From Candidatus Heimdallarchaeota archaeon (GTDB taxonomy: Archaea > Asgardarchaeota > Heimdallarchaeia > Heimdallarchaeales > JAJRWK01), in contig JAMOVR010000210.1 in assembly GCA_027061945.1 (NCBI GenBank), positions 9,977-33,976 on the forward strand: a stretch of DNA of 24,000 bases, written 5' to 3'. Positions 7,225-14,505 of the stretch are shown here, piece by piece. Positions within the stretch are counted from its first letter, which is position 1. Each line of letters opens with the position of its first letter. The translations under genes and the position numbers were made by a program. The notes below the pieces were generated by a model. It was not told the origin of the DNA. It did not search any database and saw only the letters and a program-made list of their open reading frames with translations.

Positions 7225-8424
7225 ATGAAAGCACTTATATTAGCAGGCGGAAAAGGAGAAGAACTATTTCCTATCGCTGTAGGAAAACCTAAGGGGCTAG
7301 TAAAAATTGTGGGAAAACCAGTTTTGCAAAGAATAATAGAAGCTCTATCATCAAATGGAGTAAATGATGTTACAATTGTAGTAGACAAGGATGATACACA
7401 AATCCAAGATTTTTTTGGAAATGGAAACAATTTTGGTATAAGAATAAAATATGTTAAACAGGTTGAATACGGTATTGAAAAAGCAATTTTGTCTGCTGAA
7501 AAAGAAATGAGCAATGAAAATAATTTTTTGTTATTGCATAGTGACATAATTTTTGAAGACACTTTTATTACAAAAGTTCTTAATACCTTTGAAAATACCA
7601 GTAGTGAAATAGTTTTAGGGCTGGCTCTTCAGGGAGAAGTTCAAGAATTTGGAGTCGCAAAAATTAATTCCCAAGGTTTTGTTGATAAAATTATTACTGG
7701 AGAAAAAGGACTTGGTAACTATGTTATTGCAGGTATTTCTTTAATGACAAGTGAAATCTTTGATTACTTAAAAAAAACAAGCTCCTTTATTGATGCACTA
7801 AACAAGACCATTTCAGATGGAAAAAAGATTGCTGCTGCTGTTTGGCCATATACATGGATTGATATTGGAAGACCATGGGACATTATAAATGCAAATAAAT
7901 TCATTTTATCTAAATTGGATAAACAGATTATTTCTTCCAAAGCAGAGATATCTAACTCAAAAATAATTGGCCCAGTAATTATTGAAGAGGACGTTACTAT
8001 TAAAGAAGGAGCAGTTATAAGAGGACCTGCCTATATCGGAAAAAACGCATATATTGGAAATAATACATTAATAAGAGAATTTTCAACTTTAGAAAATAAT
8101 TCTGTTGTTGGTATGGGTGTTGAATTAAAGAACTCTGTAATAATGCCTCATGGAACAATACACCGATTAAGCTATGTAGGTGATAGTGTAATTGATGAAT
8201 ATGCGGTATTATCCTCAGGAACAATTACAGTAAATTATATACCTGGGCAACAAGAGATCATAGTTAAAGTAAAAGATAAACAAGTAAATACCGGTTTAAT
8301 GAAGTTAGGTGCATTTATAGGACATCATGCTAGAATTGGTGTGCATTCCACGATTTACCCTGGAATAAAAATCAGTCCCAATAAAACGATTCCACATGGC
8401 TCAGTAGTAAAGAAAGACATCTGA
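7225..8424 (+). CDS. Sugar-1-phosphate nucleotidyltransferase fused to a left-handed beta-helix (acyltransferase-like) domain, GlmU/ST0452-like architecture
   Basis: The N-terminus MKALILAGGKGEELFPIAVGKPKGLVKIVGKPVL matches the NTP-transferase fold. The C-terminal third has hexapeptide-repeat character (IGKNAYIGNNTLI, VVGMGVELKNSVI, YVGDSVI, IGHHARIGVHSTI). GGTGA lies 6 nt upstream of the ATG. Confidence 0.75.
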   Translation: MKALILAGGKGEELFPIAVGKPKGLVKIVGKPVLQRIIEALSSNGVNDVTIVVDKDDTQIQDFFGNGNNFGIRIKYVKQVEYGIEKAILSAEKEMSNENNFLLLHSDIIFEDTFITKVLNTFENTSSEIVLGLALQGEVQEFGVAKINSQGFVDKIITGEKGLGNYVIAGISLMTSEIFDYLKKTSSFIDALNKTISDGKKIAAAVWPYTWIDIGRPWDIINANKFILSKLDKQIISSKAEISNSKIIGPVIIEEDVTIKEGAVIRGPAYIGKNAYIGNNTLIREFSTLENNSVVGMGVELKNSVIMPHGTIHRLSYVGDSVIDEYAVLSSGTITVNYIPGQQEIIVKVKDKQVNTGLMKLGAFIGHHARIGVHSTIYPGIKISPNKTIPHGSVVKKDI

Positions 8425-8786
8425 AATTTTTCCCCATTGAAATACTGTAGTTTTGTCAATATATCTTGGATTTTGAATTTGATTCATTTTCTTCATTTTT
8501 TAACACCGCCCTGCATTATCTGTTTGTCACAACATTCTTAATAAAATACTTACATCCACTTCTGGATGTTTATCTTGCCAAGCTTTTTAGCACTCATTGG
8601 TCGGTACGTTGAAACTTATAATTATTATCATTATTAAGCATGGATATCCAGTTTTAGCTAAATATCTATGCACATTATCTTGACACCCCAAAAAACGAGA
8701 CTTTCACGCAGCAATTCGATAGAATACACGGACATGTTTTTCTCGTATTACCTTACTTGACAATCATTTTCAGATCTATATTTATT

Positions 8787-8972
8787 ATGTATATTAGGAG
8801 ACTCACTAAGAGGTATAAAAATAAAGATGGTCAAATTGTGGAGAGGACATATTATTATAAATATAAAAGTATAAGACGGGGTAATAAAATAATTAGCGTA
8901 TATCTTGGGAAGGCTACAGAAGAAGAATTCTTAAAACAGTATGAAAGAGAGATAAGAGCGAATAATATTTAG
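8787..8972 (+). CDS. Small basic hypothetical protein (61 aa from the ATG)
   Basis: MYIRRLTKRYKNKDGQIVERTYYYKYKSIRRGNKIISVYLGK resembles, from memory, the short N-terminal DNA-binding module of some IS4/IS1634-type transposases and integrases. It is an orphan with no catalytic domain. The track ORF starts at TTG 8757. Confidence 0.3.
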   Translation: MYIRRLTKRYKNKDGQIVERTYYYKYKSIRRGNKIISVYLGKATEEEFLKQYEREIRANNI

Positions 8973-9084
8973 TTGGGAGGTAGAATTAATGAAATTAAAC
9001 ATTGTAAAAATTAAGCACCCCTCCTTATTTTAGTAGAATAGTTTTTGTTTTTGCTTTTTTTTAGAGAACACACTGGTGAATAAA

Positions 9085-10632
9085 ATGAGACTAGTGGAAT
9101 GCGTACCTAATTTTTCGGAAGGACGTAATATCGAGATAATCGATAAAATTGTTAATGAGATGATTTCTGTCCCAGGAGTATACCTCTTAGATCGTGAATC
9201 AGATAAAGACCATAATCGAAGCGTAATTACAATTGTCGGTACTCCTGAAGCTGTAGCAGAAGCTGCATTCAGAGGGACAAAAAAAGCGATGGAATTGATA
9301 GATCTAAATAAGCATCAAGGAGAGCATCCAAGAATTGGTGCTACGGATGTAATTCCATTTATTCCTATTTCAAACGTGTCAATGGAAGAATGTATAGAAC
9401 TCGCTAAAAAATTAGCTAAAAGGATCAGTGACGAGCTAAAAATACCCACATATTTGTATGAGGAAGCTGCTACGCGTGAAGACCGGCGTAATTTAGCAAA
9501 TATTAGGAAAGGCCAGTTTGAGGGGTTAAAAGAAGCAATAAAAACCGACCCCGATCGAGCTCCAGATTTTGGTCCTCGAGAACTGCACCCCACCGCGGGA
9601 GCAACGGTTGTAGGGGCAAGATACCCCCTAATTGCATTTAATGTTTACTTAGGAACGAATGATATAGAAATTGCAAAACAAATTGCTAGAAATGTAAGAT
9701 ATAGTTCAGGTGGCTTACGCTATGTAAAAGCAATGGGATTTGAAATTAAGGAGAGAAATTTAGTTCAGGTTTCAATGAATATGGTTAATTATAAAGGAAC
9801 ACCATTATACAGAGTTTTTGAGTTAATCAGAGCGGAAGCAAGGAGGTATGGTGTATCAATTGTTGAAGGAGAAATTGTTGGATTAGTACCTCAAGAAGCC
9901 CTTTATGATACAAGTGAATTTTACCTACAATTAAACAATTTCTCTAAGGATCAAATATTGGAAGTAAGGCTCCAAAAAGTGTTAGAAGAAAATAAACAAA
10001 AACTTGTTTCACAAGAGATAGGAGAATTTTTAGAAAACCTTAGCAGTGATGCTCCGGTACCCGGTGGAGGTTCTGCAGCGGCATTGACTGCTGCAATGGG
10101 AGCTTCACTTGGCTCGATGGTCTTGAGAATTACGCTGAAAAAAGAGGAGCTAAAAGACGTCCATAATGATGCAAATAAGCTTTTAATGAAAATTGAGGGG
10201 GCTAGAAAAAGATTAATTGAATTAATAGATGAGGACTCAAATGCATTTAATTCAGTAATGAAAGCTTTTCGATTACCAAAAACAACGGATGAGGAAAAAG
10301 AAAAAAGAAAACAAGAGATTCAAAATGCCTTTAAATATGCATCTCAAGTACCTCTAGAAACAGCAAAAACTGCATTAATAGTATTAAAGGAAATGGAACA
10401 TATTGCGAAAATTGGATATGTTGACGCTATTTCCGATTGTGGGAGTGGAGTAAAAATGTTAGAAGCAGGAATTGAAAGCGCATTATTAAACGTAAAAATT
10501 AATCTTAATTACATTAAAGACGAAGAATTTGTTACAAATATGAAAAAAGAGATTCAAGAAATAGAAAAAGAGACAAAAGAATATTCAATAAAAATTTTTA
10601 ATACTGTTTTAAGTAAAATTGAGGGTCAATAA
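9085..10632 (+). CDS. ftcD: Bifunctional glutamate formimidoyltransferase / formimidoyltetrahydrofolate cyclodeaminase (FTCD-like fusion)
   Basis: The N-terminus RLVECVPNFSEGRN...HPRIGATDVIPFIP matches the formiminotransferase domain. The C-terminal ~200 aa carry the cyclodeaminase motif APVPGGGSAAALTAAMGASLGSMV. I chose ATG 9085, preceded by GGTGA; the track start is GTG 9076. Confidence 0.85.
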   Translation: MRLVECVPNFSEGRNIEIIDKIVNEMISVPGVYLLDRESDKDHNRSVITIVGTPEAVAEAAFRGTKKAMELIDLNKHQGEHPRIGATDVIPFIPISNVSMEECIELAKKLAKRISDELKIPTYLYEEAATREDRRNLANIRKGQFEGLKEAIKTDPDRAPDFGPRELHPTAGATVVGARYPLIAFNVYLGTNDIEIAKQIARNVRYSSGGLRYVKAMGFEIKERNLVQVSMNMVNYKGTPLYRVFELIRAEARRYGVSIVEGEIVGLVPQEALYDTSEFYLQLNNFSKDQILEVRLQKVLEENKQKLVSQEIGEFLENLSSDAPVPGGGSAAALTAAMGASLGSMVLRITLKKEELKDVHNDANKLLMKIEGARKRLIELIDEDSNAFNSVMKAFRLPKTTDEEKEKRKQEIQNAFKYASQVPLETAKTALIVLKEMEHIAKIGYVDAISDCGSGVKMLEAGIESALLNVKINLNYIKDEEFVTNMKKEIQEIEKETKEYSIKIFNTVLSKIEGQ

Positions 10633-10735
10633 ATTGGGAATGTAAAAATAATTTAAGAAATTTTTGAGAAAAAAGGATTGAAATGTTAAAACTTTTTTCA
10701 ATAAACTTTTTACTTATTAATTCACTATATCCCTT

Positions 10736-11500
10736 GTGCAAGTCCAAGCCTACTGTCCAGTTTGTAAAAAGACATTTTCGTATGATGTTGAGATTGAATT
10801 ACAACTAAGAAATAGTAATGGTGAGCAATCAGCAGATTTAATGGGGATTCCTTTACCACGTCAGAACTTTACTGCCTCTAGCGGACTTTATTCATATAGC
10901 GTAATACATGATGATCACATTCTTGTGCTAGAAATTGACCGGAATGGAACCGTAAGAAAAACTGAAACAGTTAGTTTAATTCAAACAAGCTCACAAAAAA
11001 TTATCGCAGGACTTACTGCTACATTATGGGATGTGTCTTCAAAATCAAAGAAATTGTTAATTGTTAGTGAGAGAGATATATGGAGAAGAGTATTGGAATT
11101 AGTAGCAAGTCAATTATTTATTGACAAGGTAAATCATGAGCCTACAGAGTTATTAGGATCCTTTAGTAAAGATGGAGGAGTACTTAAAGTTGGAAAAGTC
11201 CAGCTAAAAGTAATAAACGATTTTAAGAGAATTTCAAAAGAAAAGGGGTCATATACTGATTTGGTAGTAGATATCACATCAATTATAGATAAAAATCCGT
11301 CAAAATATGTAGGTGATTTTAAAGCAACAGGACTAATCGCTATGACCTTTAGTGAAAAGAATGTTCAGCAAAATAAAGAATTCCTAAACAAATGGTTTGA
11401 TGCATTTTTAGATAAGGCAAGGGGAGAAGATGTTTTAATCTATGACTCTTCAGATATGAGAAACACTGTTAAGATTTTGAATTCATTGCTACAAAATTAG
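10736..11500 (+). CDS. Hypothetical protein (254 aa) with an N-terminal CPVC motif and an alpha/beta-looking C-terminal domain
   Basis: Long ORF with ordinary composition and a GTG start. There is no SD, but a T/A-rich box about 25-30 nt upstream suggests it may be leaderless. I recognise no family. Confidence 0.5.
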   Translation: MQVQAYCPVCKKTFSYDVEIELQLRNSNGEQSADLMGIPLPRQNFTASSGLYSYSVIHDDHILVLEIDRNGTVRKTETVSLIQTSSQKIIAGLTATLWDVSSKSKKLLIVSERDIWRRVLELVASQLFIDKVNHEPTELLGSFSKDGGVLKVGKVQLKVINDFKRISKEKGSYTDLVVDITSIIDKNPSKYVGDFKATGLIAMTFSEKNVQQNKEFLNKWFDAFLDKARGEDVLIYDSSDMRNTVKILNSLLQN

Positions 11501-11537
11501 AGATTGATTTTAAATTTTTTAGTTTTTTATTAATCAT

Positions 11538-12221
11538 TTAGTAATTAATAAGTACTTTTGCCATTTTAGTAAGAATCGTTTCTGGATCTTTTGATTTTGT
11601 TATTCCAGATGCTAATAATACACCATGGCTACCCATTCTTAAAGCTTCTTCAAGATGAGCTGGAGACTTAACACCGGCACCGACTAACGGGATAACCTTT
11701 TTAGAAGCTTCTTTTATTCGATTAATCGTTTCTTCAACTATTTCTGGTTTGGTTGTTACTGAAACATCTCCGCCGATTAGTTCAGGTGGCTCCATTGCAA
11801 CTGCCCAAGGTTCTAAAGAGGCTACTGCTTTACTTATAAGAGGGTCTGCAGCACAAACTACAGAATAAAGGGTGTTATGGTTTAATTGCTCAATTGCTTG
11901 TTTGATATGGTCTATTTTTATTCTTCTTTCAGAATGATTTAGAAGCGAGCCAGAAACACCTATTTCTTTTAGGTGAAACGCAGATATGTGACCCGTATTT
12001 GCCCCTAATTCAATAGGATCTGTGTGCTGAGAAAAAACAGGAATATCAACATTCTCTGAGATTATTGCTAGATCTGGTAAGCTAGGTACTGCTATTAACG
12101 AAGCACTAAATTCATTGGAAACTTTCTCCATAATTTTTGCTAATTTTAAAGCATTGTTTCCTATTGATTGCGGATAAATTTTGAAATTAACAATTAATAC
12201 TGGGAGTTCAATTTTAGGCAT
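11538..12221 (-). CDS. tpiA: Triosephosphate isomerase, short archaeal type (227 aa)
   Basis: LIVNFKIYPQSIG at the N-terminus, NHSERR catalytic-region motif, and GVLLASG near the C-terminus. The length is typical of archaeal TIM. Confidence 0.85.
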   Translation of the reverse strand: MPKIELPVLIVNFKIYPQSIGNNALKLAKIMEKVSNEFSASLIAVPSLPDLAIISENVDIPVFSQHTDPIELGANTGHISAFHLKEIGVSGSLLNHSERRIKIDHIKQAIEQLNHNTLYSVVCAADPLISKAVASLEPWAVAMEPPELIGGDVSVTTKPEIVEETINRIKEASKKVIPLVGAGVKSPAHLEEALRMGSHGVLLASGITKSKDPETILTKMAKVLINY

Positions 12222-12323
12222 CTTTAAAAATAAAAAATAATAATTACAAATTTTTTATGGTTCTTGTTTTATTGAAAAGTAACTGTTGCTGGTGTTTATA
12301 TACAGTTCTCGAGATAAAATATT

Positions 12324-13667
12324 ATGTTTAGTAGAAAAAAATCAGGCGGAATAAAAATTACTGATCTTAATCCGACTGAAAAAAAATTCCTTGTTTTGTT
12401 TAGTATAAGTAAATTATATTTTGTTACTTCAATAATTATCATTTATTTATTATCAAAAGGATTTTCTTTTGTTGAAATAGCGATTTTAGACGCTACTTTT
12501 TGGGGAGCAATTTTCATATTTGAAATTCCAACAGGATGGGTTGCAGATAAATATGGTAGAAAAGTGTCGTTGTTTTTTTCATATTTATTTCAGGCATTTT
12601 CATTATTGCTATTATTTTTTGAAGAAGTGTTTTACCTATTGTTATTATCTTTTTTAATTTGGGGAATTGCAACAACATTACGATCAGGAGCCGAACAAGC
12701 ATGGATCTATGATCAAATAATATTTGAGACTACAAACGAAAAACAAGAGCTAAGTTCAATTGATTATAGGTTCCATGGAGTATTTAGCTTATTAATGGCA
12801 ACTGGACTAATAGCAAAAGGTTTAGGAGATATAATTGGTGGCATTATTGCTTCAATAAATCTTTCATTACCGATTCTACTTACAGCACTTACATCTTTAA
12901 TCTCAGCACTATTTCTATTGATCATACCTGAGAAACGTCCTAAAACAATAAATACTGCACATAGGAACAAATACAAAAATTCTATTTTGAAAGCTTTAAA
13001 TGAATTAATTTCAAATGAAGCGATTTTTTTATTCACATCAATAATATTAATTGCCACAATAAACAGTTCATTATTAACATGGTCTCAAGCATTTTTTAAA
13101 AATGAGCTTGGAATTGACATTATATTAATTGGTGGGATATATGGAGCAACTACTTTTTTAAGCGCATTAGGAAGTAGTAAATCCCAATTTTTTAACAATA
13201 AATTAGGAGAAAAATTTAATTTGCTATTACCTTCTATCTTAGGAATTATTTTTTTCATAATCGGGATGGGAATCAAAATACTATCAATAAGTCTTTATGT
13301 GTTCGGCGCATTCTTTGCGGGGCTATTAAATCCCTTTTTAATAGCTAAAATTAATGGGTATTTATCTTCTGAGACAAGAGCCACTGCACTTTCGATAATA
13401 TCCTCAATAACGACAGTTGGAGTAATTATCATCGAAATAATAACAGCACTAATTATTAATCAATTAGGTTTTTCGTGGTTTTATTATTTTGTAGCAATGT
13501 TTTATATGGCAATAATTGGCCCTCTACTAATACTATGGAAGAAAAAAAGAGATTTGAGATTAGAAAAAGAGAACCAAGAGAAAAAGAATGAAACAACAGA
13601 ACGACAGAACATGCAAAATAACCGTCTAGATGAAAAAGAAAAACAAACATTGATTGTTACTTTATAA
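12324..13667 (+). CDS. MFS-type transporter with a charged C-terminal tail
   Basis: About 12 predicted hydrophobic helices and the MFS loop motif GWVADKYGRKVSL between TM2 and TM3. The C-terminal ~45 aa are Lys/Glu/Asn-rich. Confidence 0.7.
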   Translation: MFSRKKSGGIKITDLNPTEKKFLVLFSISKLYFVTSIIIIYLLSKGFSFVEIAILDATFWGAIFIFEIPTGWVADKYGRKVSLFFSYLFQAFSLLLLFFEEVFYLLLLSFLIWGIATTLRSGAEQAWIYDQIIFETTNEKQELSSIDYRFHGVFSLLMATGLIAKGLGDIIGGIIASINLSLPILLTALTSLISALFLLIIPEKRPKTINTAHRNKYKNSILKALNELISNEAIFLFTSIILIATINSSLLTWSQAFFKNELGIDIILIGGIYGATTFLSALGSSKSQFFNNKLGEKFNLLLPSILGIIFFIIGMGIKILSISLYVFGAFFAGLLNPFLIAKINGYLSSETRATALSIISSITTVGVIIIEIITALIINQLGFSWFYYFVAMFYMAIIGPLLILWKKKRDLRLEKENQEKKNETTERQNMQNNRLDEKEKQTLIVTL

Positions 13668-13697
13668 TTAATTAATCATACGTAACAAAATAATATA

Positions 13698-13785
13698 TGG
13701 TGCGGGGGGCGAGATTTGAACTCGCGAACTCCTAAGAGAACAGGACCTAAACCTGCCGCCTTTGACCGGGCTTGGCGACCCCCGC
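13698..13785 (-). tRNA. tRNA-Leu (anticodon UAG), class II with long variable arm, genomically encoded CCA
   Basis: Minus strand reads GCGGGGG UC GCC AAGCCCGGUCAAA GGC G GCAGG UUUAGGU CCUGU UCUCUUAGGAGUUC GCGAG UUCAAAU CUCGC CCCCCGC A CCA. This gives a perfect 7-bp acceptor stem, a T-loop UUCAAAU and anticodon loop UU-UAG-GU. Confidence 0.9.
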
Positions 13786-14003
13786 AATGTTTCTATTTTC
13801 TTTTTCATACAATGGTATTTTTATCAATTTCGCTGTAATCAAGTTATTTCTTAATTTCATTCATAAGACAGAAGGCACAGATATGAAAATATTGCGACAA
13901 AATATCATGGGAATTCTTGTTTGAAAAATGATTTCAGTAGTATATATACTAAACACGATACTTACTATTGAGCTTCGGCTCACAAACAAGGAGTGATTGA
14001 GAA

Positions 14004-14063
14004 ATGAAAGGCAAGAAAACATTATTCTACGTACCCCCACCATACCCCGGAAGATGGTGGTAA
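14004..14063 (+). CDS. Candidate sORF, 19 aa: MKGKKTLFYVPPPYPGRWW
   Basis: AAGGAGTGAT (13988-13997) is the best Shine-Dalgarno match in the window and lies 6 nt before the ATG. TATATATA at 13941-13948 is placed to start transcription about 20-30 nt upstream of the SD. A GAGC-UUCG-GCUC hairpin sits at 13970-13981. The 3' end of the sORF forms a 7-bp hairpin CCACCAT...ATGGTGG (14037-14060). Confidence 0.4.
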   Translation: MKGKKTLFYVPPPYPGRWW

Positions 14064-14106
14064 GTAAAATAAGATAATAAAAAATTCCCCTCCTTTTTTT
14101 ATTTTT

Positions 14107-14340
14107 TTAATCCTATCTGACTAAAACCCCTTTTCTTCTGGAAAGGTAAAGGATAAAAACTGTTGTGAAGGTAGATCGTATCTTATAGATTGATACAAAA
14201 TTTGGCAGTCTCTAGCGCCCGTAGAGAGGTCTTCATAAGATTCCTCTCTTATCAAGTCATTTCCTTACAAAGAAGTGATTTAATGACACGCTTCTTTAAG
14301 GTGTAGCAACTCCCTTGCGAAACAAGTAGTAGCTTACAAC
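14107..14340 (+). mobile_element. Full-length member of the repeat family, boundaries +/-10 nt
   Basis: TTAATCCTATCTGACTAAAACCCCTTTTCTTCTGGAAAGG (left hairpin, 14127-14146) ... AAGGTAGATCGTAT (14168-14181) ... ATTGATACA ... GCAGTCT ... internal hairpin AGAGAGG-n14-CCTCTCT ... CTCCCTTGCGAAACAAGTAGTAGCTTACAAC (right hairpin CTTG-CGAAA-CAAG, terminus at 14340). Confidence 0.7.
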
Positions 14341-14505
14341 ATTTCACTTATAATTAATATTTGAAATAAAAAAGGAGAAAAAACTAAAAAGAGCCCCTAA
14401 TATGAGGGAATAATTGATTTACAAGCTTGATTTTATTACTCCACTTTAAATTTACTCTGTGTTTATATTAAAAAACAAAATTTGAATAATAATAGATAGA
14501 TAAAG

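Noticed and set aside
13861-14043. 60-aa minus-strand ORF in the tRNA-Leu/radA spacer.
   Set aside because: It has hydrophobic low-complexity composition and no SD or promoter signal. It overlaps the better-signalled plus-strand sORF and its promoter and hairpin.
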